A stretch of DNA of 23,231 nucleotides from Promethearchaeota archaeon (GTDB lineage: Archaea > Asgardarchaeota > Lokiarchaeia > Sigyniarchaeales > SOKP01): positions 1 through 23,231 of the forward strand of contig JAFGOA010000201.1 of the NCBI GenBank assembly GCA_016926735.1, read 5' to 3'. The notes under the pieces were generated by a model. It saw only the letters and a program-made list of their open reading frames with translations. It was not told the origin of the DNA and ran no database searches. The position numbers and the translations under genes are program-made. Shown here piece by piece: positions 1 through 8,342 of this stretch; within the stretch, counting starts at the first letter, position 1, and each line of letters starts with the position of its first letter.

Positions 1-273
1 CATTTTCTTTGTTGTATCATGAAATTACGAATTTATGGGAAGATTTAAAAATTTCAAAAATAAGATTAATAATTTATTTTTTCGTTAATGAAATTAAATT
101 CAAATATTATTTTGTTTTCTATAATTGGATTTTTTCTGAATTTACTTATTAAATCTGCTAAATTTTAATAAAATTTTTTGAACAAAAATATATATTGAAA
201 AATTATTATTAAAAATATATTATAATATTCTTTAGATAATTAAATTCTTATTTTTATAGCTTGTGATTTCTTT

Positions 274-645
274 ATGGAAATTGAAAAAAAAAGAGAAACC
301 TCATGGAAGATACAATTAAAAAGAGAAAATGATAGAATTCAATTAACTTCAGTAGAGATAAGTGGAGAGGTTAGACAAATAAGGTTAGCGATCATAAATC
401 AAGAAGAAAAAACAGAAGTTACCATGAATAAAGAAGAATTTTTCAATTTTCTATCACTTATCTCAGCATTTAAAGATGTTGTTGTTGGAGAGATCTCAAC
501 ATTTGAGGAAGAGCAGTTTGAAATTAATATGAATAATGAAAAAAAAAAAGAAAATATGCCATATTCCAATTCAAAAAACCCAGATAACCCTTTTGAGTCT
601 TCAGATGAAGATGATTTAAACCCAAAAGATTGGGATCCTTGGTAG
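274..645 (+). CDS. Hypothetical protein; possible PUR/PC4-like (beta4-alpha) nucleic-acid-binding domain with acidic C-terminal tail
   Basis: 123 aa ORF with GTGAT SD-like motif upstream. Alternating beta-strand pattern followed by an amphipathic helix (NKEEFFNFLSLISAFKDVV), then a low-complexity acidic tail ending DEDDLNPKDWDPW. Fold is inference only. Confidence 0.6.
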   Translation: MEIEKKRETSWKIQLKRENDRIQLTSVEISGEVRQIRLAIINQEEKTEVTMNKEEFFNFLSLISAFKDVVVGEISTFEEEQFEINMNNEKKKENMPYSNSKNPDNPFESSDEDDLNPKDWDPW

Positions 646-653
646 TAGTAACA

Positions 654-1142
654 TTATCCTATTTTAGTGATATTATATTCACATATATTACTTTTTTTAT
701 CATCAAAACAGCATTTTATTTCACTTGTACTTACTCTGTATAAAGCATATTCACCAAATCCAGTAAGTAATCCTGTAATAAAGTAGCATATATATTTTGA
801 ATCACTTTCTAATTCTGTAGAAATATTATGTTGAAGTCTAATGGTTATAGATTTTTCAGAAAAATTTTTCACAATAAAATTTCCCCAACCTAAATTACTT
901 ATAAGTTCTGTGAATTGTGTTACAAGATCCTGTAAATTTTTTGGTTTTAGTTTATCTTCCCAATTTTGAATTAATGTCCAACCTGCTTTTTTACCTAACC
1001 ATACTAAAAGAGATTTTGCACCTTCACCATAAATAGACGATAAGATATCTATAAGCTTTGGGGGAAAAAAAACAAATCGATCATTATATAGATCATATTT
1101 ACCTTGATTATATTTCAAACCTTTTAATTTAAAATTCTTCAT
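654..1142 (-). CDS. Stand-alone V4R (4-vinyl reductase) domain protein
   Basis: Typical V4R pattern: LxxLGKKAG, LGWG, ICYFITGLLTG, EIKC...CEY. Confidence 0.85.
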   Translation of the reverse strand: MKNFKLKGLKYNQGKYDLYNDRFVFFPPKLIDILSSIYGEGAKSLLVWLGKKAGWTLIQNWEDKLKPKNLQDLVTQFTELISNLGWGNFIVKNFSEKSITIRLQHNISTELESDSKYICYFITGLLTGFGEYALYRVSTSEIKCCFDDKKSNICEYNITKIG

Positions 1143-1280
1143 GATTTTTTCTTTATTTTTAAGACCTTAAATACCTAATTTATCAATAATAAATTCAAAA
1201 TAATAAACATTTGGAAAAAAAAAACATGTTTGCAATAAAATCAAGGATTTTATTAAATAAATTTTAGAAATTAAAATAAT

Positions 1281-1577
1281 ATGATTGAAGTCGATCTAAT
1301 GATATTAGAAATAGGTTTAATTATCTCTATAACAATTTTAGTTTTTCTTTATTCATTGATATCTTCTGATTTAGTAGTGACAATAATATGTATTTCTTTA
1401 TATTTTATATTTTTAGGACCATTAATCATTATTCTCGAGAGATTTAGATTAATTGTAATTAACATTCCAATATTATTTGATTTATATAAAATTATTTTTT
1501 ATGCTTGTTTTTCTATTTTTATATTAGTGGGTCTGATATTATTGATTCAATTGATCTATCTTGTCATTTTCTCTTAA
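1281..1577 (+). CDS. Small integral membrane protein (about 3 TM helices), unknown function
   Basis: 98 aa, almost entirely hydrophobic; fills the gap between convergent/divergent neighbours. Confidence 0.6.
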   Translation: MIEVDLMILEIGLIISITILVFLYSLISSDLVVTIICISLYFIFLGPLIIILERFRLIVINIPILFDLYKIIFYACFSIFILVGLILLIQLIYLVIFS

Positions 1578-1579
1578 AA

Positions 1580-3109
1580 TTATGCAATAAAATTTATAAT
1601 ATTAATAAGAGAGAGCATGAACGTAAACAAAAAAATTAACCCTGAAATTAACATAAAAAATATTTTGCTTCGACTATAAACAATTTTTAAAAAATAATAT
1701 GAGGAGATCAAATTGCTGGTTAATAGAATCATAATAATAAAAAGAAGATCTATTGGATTAATAGAATCAAATAATAATAATGTATCACCTAATTCCCCTA
1801 AAGATATTAAAGACATAGAGATTTCTGGTAAAAATGGTAATAGTGCTCCTATCGATCCTGTTATTATTGGGAGAATTAATAAAAATAAAAATATTTTAAA
1901 TTTCTCTCCTTTCATAATTATATTTAATTTGTCTTCTAATTTTCTATGATAGTTAAGAATATTGATGATCTCTATTATTTTATATGAACTCTGAAATGAA
2001 TCTTCATTAATCATATTTAGAATAGAATTTATTATAGTATGATATCGAAAAGAGTTTAGTTTTTTTTTAAGGGAATTAATTATTTGATGAAAATCATAAA
2101 CACCATTTAAAAATAAAGTAATATCCCTTTCAAATATTCTTGTTAATAATGGTATATCCCTCTTTTCTTCCTCAAAAGCTCTAATTAGAGCCCGTTCTGG
2201 GGATATATTATGTTTTAGATAAAGTGAAAACTTTTTAATCAAATAAAGAAACTCCTCAAGCTTTTTTTTTTCATATTTTGAATCATCTTGAATAAATCCA
2301 ATTAAATAGTGATTTACAGAAATAAATTTTTTAAATAAATAGTTTAAAAAGAGTATAAGTATTGGTATGAATGAAATCATCATAAATTTATTCAAGGATA
2401 ATAAAAAAAGTAAAAAACAAAATCCTATTGGAAAAAAAATCCCAATAAAAAAAACTATACTTAATTTTGTAGTTAATTGCTTTAAATATACTTTAAAATC
2501 TTTTTCTAATGAATAGGAATAATGAGCATCTGAATATTCATCACATTGAAAATTATTCATTAAAAGATTTTTGATATAATTTTTAAAATCTCTCGAAGGA
2601 TAGAGACAATTAGTTAATTCCTTTTCTGGTGAAGCCCCAAAATGAATTTTAGATAAAATATTTTTAAAATTCTTAGAAATAAAAATATTATAATCAATAA
2701 TTAATTTTATAAAATTCAAAGAATTATCTGTTTGGATTTTTCCTATTTTTTGAATAAGAGAAAAATCAATTTTGATGAAATATAATAATGAATTTAATTT
2801 ATCTTCGGCAATTTTTACTTTTCTATAAAGATATAGATTGAATTGAATAGCAAGGAATAAAGATAATAATATAGAAGACAAAAGAATAATTAAAATCTGA
2901 ATTCTCAAAAAGAGAAATGATAGACTAAAAATAACAAATATACTAAGAATAAAGACTGTAAAGGAAGCTTTATTAACTTCATTTTCGCTAATTTTATATA
3001 AATTTTTATATTGCTCTTTATAATGTTCATTTAATTCTTTGATCTTAAAATTAGGAGCCCAATTAAAACTAAGATATTTGCACAATTTTAAATAAATGGA
3101 TCTTGGCAT
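1580..3109 (-). CDS. Type II/IV secretion system F-family membrane platform protein (TadB/TadC/ArlJ-like)
   Basis: 509 aa with two repeats of TM pair + cytoplasmic helical domain (GASPEKEL; NISPERAL) + TM segments; downstream of a secretion ATPase in the same orientation. Confidence 0.75.
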   Translation of the reverse strand: MPRSIYLKLCKYLSFNWAPNFKIKELNEHYKEQYKNLYKISENEVNKASFTVFILSIFVIFSLSFLFLRIQILIILLSSILLSLFLAIQFNLYLYRKVKIAEDKLNSLLYFIKIDFSLIQKIGKIQTDNSLNFIKLIIDYNIFISKNFKNILSKIHFGASPEKELTNCLYPSRDFKNYIKNLLMNNFQCDEYSDAHYSYSLEKDFKVYLKQLTTKLSIVFFIGIFFPIGFCFLLFLLSLNKFMMISFIPILILFLNYLFKKFISVNHYLIGFIQDDSKYEKKKLEEFLYLIKKFSLYLKHNISPERALIRAFEEEKRDIPLLTRIFERDITLFLNGVYDFHQIINSLKKKLNSFRYHTIINSILNMINEDSFQSSYKIIEIINILNYHRKLEDKLNIIMKGEKFKIFLFLLILPIITGSIGALLPFLPEISMSLISLGELGDTLLLFDSINPIDLLFIIMILLTSNLISSYYFLKIVYSRSKIFFMLISGLIFLFTFMLSLINIINFIA

Positions 3110-3114
3110 CTTTT

Positions 3115-3534
3115 TTATTCCAATAATGTAAAGTTTATATCTATTGAATAAGATTTATAAGAAATACTAAGATTATACCACATATTATGGATTAAGTTAA
3201 ACTTTTTATTATTAAGTATAATATTATGAGTACAAGTGATTTTTTTAACTTCTTGATTTATTTTAAAAAAATATTCAATTTTACTTTCTTCAATACTAAT
3301 ATTAAGATTATTGCTTATTTCTAATTCTTTGGAAATAGAAGAATTGTGATATATAGAGATATATTGGACACAATTATCTATTTCATTTATATTTATTAAT
3401 GTTTCATTAACATCATCTTTGTAATCATCATACTCATTAAATAAATTAGTTAAAGGAGCAATAATGAAAAAGAATGACATTAATACAAAAATCCCGAACC
3501 CAGTAAGTAATATTTTTTCAATCAGATTTGTCAT
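3115..3534 (-). CDS. Pilin-like protein (putative minor pilin), apparently leaderless
   Basis: N-terminus MTNLIEKILL followed by a hydrophobic helix and a beta-rich C-terminal domain; lies between ATPase and platform genes; in-frame TAA two codons upstream of the ATG. Confidence 0.6.
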   Translation of the reverse strand: MTNLIEKILLTGFGIFVLMSFFFIIAPLTNLFNEYDDYKDDVNETLININEIDNCVQYISIYHNSSISKELEISNNLNISIEESKIEYFFKINQEVKKITCTHNIILNNKKFNLIHNMWYNLSISYKSYSIDINFTLLE

Positions 3535-3583
3535 ACATTATTTTATTTCGATCAATCTTTAAAAATCCCAAGTCTTTTTTTAT

Positions 3584-3903
3584 CATGATTACTCAAGAAA
3601 AACCCTCTTTTTAGAGAATTATTATTTGTGACTATGTTATTAAAACTAATAAAACCTATAAAGTGGTTTATTAAATGATATAAATCATATGGATCGAGAT
3701 CTTAATTCAGCAATTAATGTTATGGTCTCTTTTCTTTTCCTAAAAAAAGTACAGACGTATGATTTCCTATTACATCACCTCTCTATGAACGAAGAATCTT
3801 TCCTAAAGCAATGGAGGGGCTTTCTACAAAAAACAGACCGATCCGTAAGAGATATCGTTGCGTACTCGTAGGAAACCATAACTTTTAGGTTATGTTAGTT
3901 CAC
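3584..3903 (+). mobile_element. Internally deleted IS200/IS605-family (tnpB) element, 320 bp (copy A1)
   Basis: Preceded by TTTAT (3579-3583). Degenerate left end CATGATTACTCAAGAAAAACCCTCTTTTTAGAG; TnpB RuvC-III remnant DRDLNSAINV; right-end hairpin CATAAC-TTTTAG-GTTATG ending TAGTTCAC. Removing it leaves the flanking ATPase frame open across the junction. Confidence 0.85.
3689..3871 (+). pseudogene. tnpB: tnpB C-terminal fragment (RuvC-III motif and tail)
   Basis: MDRDLNSAINVM matches the TnpB DRDxNAAxNI motif; ORF ends just before the right-end hairpin. Confidence 0.85.
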
Positions 3904-6061
3904 CAAATAAAGGATTAATTTCATTTTCAAGATAATCTTCCAATTTTTCTATTGAATTATTTGAGAAATAAGAAATTTGATCAAAGAATTCTATCAAAGT
4001 CTTATTTTTAATTTTTATATTTCTTAAAATCTGTTCAAATCCTTTTTCATACAGATTAATCAGAAAATTAAGACTTTCTTCGCTATACGCTTCATATTTT
4101 TTAATTTTTGTTATCAATTTTGTTAATAAAATTGGCGTTTTTTCTTCCCATATTTCAATAGCAGGATTATACTCAAAAATGGGATTAATATTTATAGATT
4201 TATTAGAATCTATATTAATTTCACTAATAGAAAATACCTTTCTAGTATTATTTGTTCTATTTTTTTTCATTAATATTAAAATATCTAAATCATTTAAACA
4301 CTCTATATTTATATTAAAATGATACATGAATCTATTCATTAGTGATTCTAAAGAGTCTGCATGAATCGTTTGAAATCCTTTTAATCCTGCAGCTAAACAA
4401 TGAAATAATGCTTTTGATTCTTCTTCAGTAAGTATTTCACCCAGATAAATTAAATCTGGGGTTCGATGTAATAATTTTTTGATTTGTTTACTCTTAGTTG
4501 ACTGAGAATGATCTTCATCTTCTAATGAATCTACTGTGTATTTGATTTGGTGTTTATTGTATTTAATTTCATCAAGAGATTCTATAATATTCTCAATGTA
4601 TATTTTTCTATAATCTTTAGGAGTTATAAAATCTAATGCATTTATTAATGTTGTTTTTCCTGAATCCGTTGTACCAACAACGGTAATATTAGATTGTTTT
4701 AAAATGCATAAATAAAGGAAAGCAGCCATTCTTGAATTTAGTGTTTTATTTTTCAATAAATCTTGAATTGTAAAAATATTTTTATTTAATTTTCTTATGT
4801 CTAATGAGAAATTGTAATAATTGATTGGTTCAATATCAATAGCAAATCTACAATAAAAATATCTATTCTTTATTACTAATTTAATACTTGGATTTGAATG
4901 ATCAAGTCTTTTTCCGCTATAAAGTCGAATTAATGTTTTTATTCGTTCAATATCTTCATCATTTAATTTAATAGAGGTTCTACACCTTCCATTCTTTTGA
5001 TGATTAATATATATGGTATCTGTAGGAGAATCTAAAAATATCTCTTCGATATAATCATCTATTAACAGAGGAAAGAGTTTTTCTAAATTTAAAATTTTTA
5101 ATGCAACTATAATTCCAATTCGTTTTTTATTCAATTTAGACAATGTATACTTTTGATCAATATATTTCACAGCTTCAGAATGATAAAAATTAATTAAATT
5201 CTCAATAGAAATGATCTCTTTAACATTAGATAACTCTAAATTTTTATATGTATTATTGATAATCCCTATAAAAAATTCTTTTTTTTTTGTATTATCAAAA
5301 AACTCTTTAACAGTGTATAATTTTTCAATTTCATTTTTTATGCTATAAATTTCACACTGATAAAGTTTGTATTTTACTATATTATATTTATCAGATAAAA
5401 CTCTATCTTTTTCTATAATCTGAATTTTATTTTCTTTTTTATTTAAGTGTAGAGATAAATCTGAGAATAAATATTCAAAAAAGTTATTGAATTTTTTAAA
5501 CAATTCCTTTTTTTTCATATAATTTTGATATTTTGAAATAATAGAAAGATCTGATAAAATATCTAATAAATTTTTAAAATTCAAAATTAGTTCGTGATAA
5601 CAATTTGTACATTGAGATGATGGATTATGATTTGATAGAATTGAATGAATTTCATAGATTAAACAATAAAAAGAGATAGGATTGTAGAGATTACTTTTAA
5701 AATCCAAATTATAGATTGATTTTGATAGAATTGAGCACTTAAATTCATTATAAATACAATTGTCTCGCTTTCTCTCAATCCTCTTGAGGATTTGAAGAAT
5801 TTTTTTTATAAAAGGATAATATTCAAAAAAATAGGAGAGTTTTTTATATCCTATAAGAAGATCATACGATTCTAAATATATTGAAGGTTCCTTTTTCTTT
5901 TTATTATATAAATATTTTGATAAACATGATATACACTCATTACTAAAAATATAATTTGATGAATTTGAGCATTCATTACACTTTATATTAATTATAGAAT
6001 TAGATAATGATTTATTTTCAGATTCTTGATTAATCTGAGATCTATCCAAAATTTCATTCAT
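3890..6061 (-). CDS. Type IV pilus/Tad assembly ATPase (TadA/CpaF/VirB11/ArlI family) with long Cys-rich N-terminal extension
   Basis: Walker A VVGTTDSGKTT, Asp box IYIENIIES, Walker B RTPDLIYLGEI, His box FQTIHADS. Likely start is ATG 6061 (AGAGGAT upstream) rather than TTG 6103. The last codons (GELT*) lie inside the IS right end. Confidence 0.9.
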   Translation of the reverse strand: MNEILDRSQINQESENKSLSNSIINIKCNECSNSSNYIFSNECISCLSKYLYNKKKKEPSIYLESYDLLIGYKKLSYFFEYYPFIKKILQILKRIERKRDNCIYNEFKCSILSKSIYNLDFKSNLYNPISFYCLIYEIHSILSNHNPSSQCTNCYHELILNFKNLLDILSDLSIISKYQNYMKKKELFKKFNNFFEYLFSDLSLHLNKKENKIQIIEKDRVLSDKYNIVKYKLYQCEIYSIKNEIEKLYTVKEFFDNTKKKEFFIGIINNTYKNLELSNVKEIISIENLINFYHSEAVKYIDQKYTLSKLNKKRIGIIVALKILNLEKLFPLLIDDYIEEIFLDSPTDTIYINHQKNGRCRTSIKLNDEDIERIKTLIRLYSGKRLDHSNPSIKLVIKNRYFYCRFAIDIEPINYYNFSLDIRKLNKNIFTIQDLLKNKTLNSRMAAFLYLCILKQSNITVVGTTDSGKTTLINALDFITPKDYRKIYIENIIESLDEIKYNKHQIKYTVDSLEDEDHSQSTKSKQIKKLLHRTPDLIYLGEILTEEESKALFHCLAAGLKGFQTIHADSLESLMNRFMYHFNINIECLNDLDILILMKKNRTNNTRKVFSISEINIDSNKSININPIFEYNPAIEIWEEKTPILLTKLITKIKKYEAYSEESLNFLINLYEKGFEQILRNIKIKNKTLIEFFDQISYFSNNSIEKLEDYLENEINPLFGELT

Positions 6062-6235
6062 ATCCTCTATTTGAAATAAGATATTATAAATACCACACTT
6101 CAATTTTAAATATCAAATAAAGGAACATAGATGGAATAATTTTGAAAAGCCGTAAACTGCTTTATTGAGGTTTATGACAATCAAAAAATTTATTTAATTT
6201 AAAACATTTTCAATTTTAAAATCTTAGTGATAATT

Positions 6236-7255
6236 ATGGGACATCGTAAAAGGTCAGCTCCAAGACGTGGTTCATTAGCTTATCTCCCAAGAAAAAGAGC
6301 CGCACAAATTAAAGGTAGAGTAAGAAGTTGGGCAGATGTAACAGAGGATTTAAATTTTCTTGGGTTTGCTGGTTTTAAAGCAGGTATGACTCATATTACA
6401 TATATAGAGGATCAAGAAAATAGTCCTTATTATGGAAAAGAACTTATGAAACCAGTTACAATAATCGAAACACCTCCTCTCTTATTAATTGGTATACGTA
6501 TATATAATGAGGATGATTATGGTAAATATATTGTAGGAGAAGTTTTTTCAGAGAAATTTAATGCAAATTTAAATCGAGCAATAAATCCTCCCAACTCAGA
6601 GAATTATAATTCAAAATCCATCCAAAAAGAACTTCAAAAAAAGATAAATAAAAGTAGTGAAATTAGAGGTATTTTTCAAACTCAACCTTATAAAACATCA
6701 TTATCTCGAAAAAAGCCAGATATTATTGAAATAAAGGTGAATTCAACAGAAGATCCTCTAAAGGAATTTAAATATTCTATCAAACAATTAGGAAAAGAAA
6801 TCAGAGCTCGTGATGTATTAAATGAAGGAGAATTATTGGATGCTATAGCAGTTACTAAAGGTAAAGGATTTCAGGGGCCTGTAAAAAGATATGGTGTTAG
6901 AAAATTAACAAGAAAGAATAGTAAAGTACAACGTGCTGTGGCATGTATCGGTGCATGGCATCCTGCTAGAGTAAGTTATACAGTTCCTCGAGCAGGTCAA
7001 ATGGGATTCCATCAAAGAACAGAATATCATAAAAGACTTATGTTTATTGGTGAAAATGAGGAAGAGATCAATCCTAAAGGAGGTTTTATTAATTATGGTA
7101 AGATCAGTGGAGATTATATTCTAGTTTTAGGCTCGGTTCCTGGTCCAAAAAAGAGATTAATTAGATTAAGAAAAACAATACGACAAAAAGAATCTTTTAG
7201 TATAAAATCTCCAGAAGTAATATTTGTAAATCGAGAAAGTCAACAACGTAAATAA
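6236..7255 (+). CDS. rpl3: 50S ribosomal protein uL3
   Basis: MGHRKRSAPRRGSLAYLPRKRA, GFKAGMTH, TKGKGFQGPVKR, IGAWHP, RAGQMGFHQRTE; ATG 6236 preceded by GTGAT. Confidence 0.98.
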   Translation: MGHRKRSAPRRGSLAYLPRKRAAQIKGRVRSWADVTEDLNFLGFAGFKAGMTHITYIEDQENSPYYGKELMKPVTIIETPPLLLIGIRIYNEDDYGKYIVGEVFSEKFNANLNRAINPPNSENYNSKSIQKELQKKINKSSEIRGIFQTQPYKTSLSRKKPDIIEIKVNSTEDPLKEFKYSIKQLGKEIRARDVLNEGELLDAIAVTKGKGFQGPVKRYGVRKLTRKNSKVQRAVACIGAWHPARVSYTVPRAGQMGFHQRTEYHKRLMFIGENEEEINPKGGFINYGKISGDYILVLGSVPGPKKRLIRLRKTIRQKESFSIKSPEVIFVNRESQQRK

Positions 7256-7273
7256 TACAAGAGAGGATTTTAA

Positions 7274-8065
7274 ATGGATAAGATAAATGTTTATAATTTA
7301 AAAGGGAATAAAACAGTAATAGTTGAAAAACCAAAAGTTTTTGCATTTAAACCTAGAAAAGATCTGATAGAAATTGCATCAGAAGTTTCTCAAAGTCATA
7401 GAACCCAACCACAAGGAAGAAATAAAAGAGCTGGTCTTAGAAATGTCGCGGTGAGTTGGGGAACAGGCCACGCGATGGCACGGACTCCAAGAATAAAAGG
7501 ATCTGGTTTTTCAACAGCCCATAATGCTGGAAGAGTACCTTATGCTAAAGGCGGTAGAACAACTCATCCAATAAAGGTTGAAAAAAATCTAAATAAAAAA
7601 ATAAATAGAACCGTTAATAAAATATCTATTGCTTCTGCTATTTCAGCAAGTGGAAATATTGATTGGATTAAGAAAAGAGGTCATATAATAGACAAAATTC
7701 CAGAAATACCATTGGTTGTTGATGATAAAATACAAACTATAAAAAAAACATCAAAATTATATTCAATCCTGGAAGATTTAGGTCTAAAACAAGACTTATT
7801 AAGAGCAAAAATTAAAAATAAGAAAATTAGACCTGGAAAAGGTAAGAGAAGGGGTAGAAAATATAAAAATTCCAAGAGTATTTTATTAGTAATTAAAGAA
7901 GATTTTGGTATTGTCCGAGCTGGAAGAAATATTTCAGGAATTGATATTATAACAATTCAAAATTTATCAATTAATGAATTAGCTCCAGGAGGTCTATCTG
8001 GAAGATTAATACTCTGGACACAATCCGCTTTTAACGAATTGAATAATTATGAGGAGATAATTTAA
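7274..8065 (+). CDS. rpl4: 50S ribosomal protein uL4
   Basis: SWGTGHAMARTPR, KGGRTTHP, IRPGKGKRRGRKY, LAPGG..GRLILWT. Confidence 0.98.
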   Translation: MDKINVYNLKGNKTVIVEKPKVFAFKPRKDLIEIASEVSQSHRTQPQGRNKRAGLRNVAVSWGTGHAMARTPRIKGSGFSTAHNAGRVPYAKGGRTTHPIKVEKNLNKKINRTVNKISIASAISASGNIDWIKKRGHIIDKIPEIPLVVDDKIQTIKKTSKLYSILEDLGLKQDLLRAKIKNKKIRPGKGKRRGRKYKNSKSILLVIKEDFGIVRAGRNISGIDIITIQNLSINELAPGGLSGRLILWTQSAFNELNNYEEII

Positions 8066-8066
8066 A

Positions 8067-8330
8067 ATGGAAAAATATTATAAGATAATTAAGAAACCTC
8101 TTGTAACAGAGAAAACATTTGATTTAATTGAAAATGAAAATAAGTTAGTAATTATTGTAAGTAAATCTGCCAATAAGACCCAAATTAAAAAAGCTATTGA
8201 GGGGATATATAATGTTAAAGTTATCAAAATTAATACTTTAATAACTCCAAGTGGCGATAAGAAAGCATTTGTAAAATTACATCCTGATAATTCTGCTCAA
8301 TCAATAGCAATTGATCTTGGTATTTTTTAA
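8067..8330 (+). CDS. rpl23: 50S ribosomal protein uL23
   Basis: IIKKPLVTEK, ENKLVIIV, ANKTQIKKAIE, INTLITPSGDKKAFVKL. Confidence 0.97.
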   Translation: MEKYYKIIKKPLVTEKTFDLIENENKLVIIVSKSANKTQIKKAIEGIYNVKVIKINTLITPSGDKKAFVKLHPDNSAQSIAIDLGIF

Positions 8331-8342
8331 TTTTATTTCTAT

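Noticed and set aside
1-20. Possible start of a minus-strand gene leaving the window (CAT at 1-3 or 18-20)
   Set aside because: Too little sequence to support a call.
1713-1949. 78-aa plus-strand ORF
   Set aside because: Antisense shadow of the platform gene; no motif.
3518-3586. Short minus-strand ORF MIKKDLGFLKIDRNK... as a frameshifted pilin leader
   Set aside because: Its ATG is created by the IS left end, and the region is better explained as the original ATPase 3' end.
7681-7875. 64-aa minus-strand ORF
   Set aside because: Antisense to rpl4.
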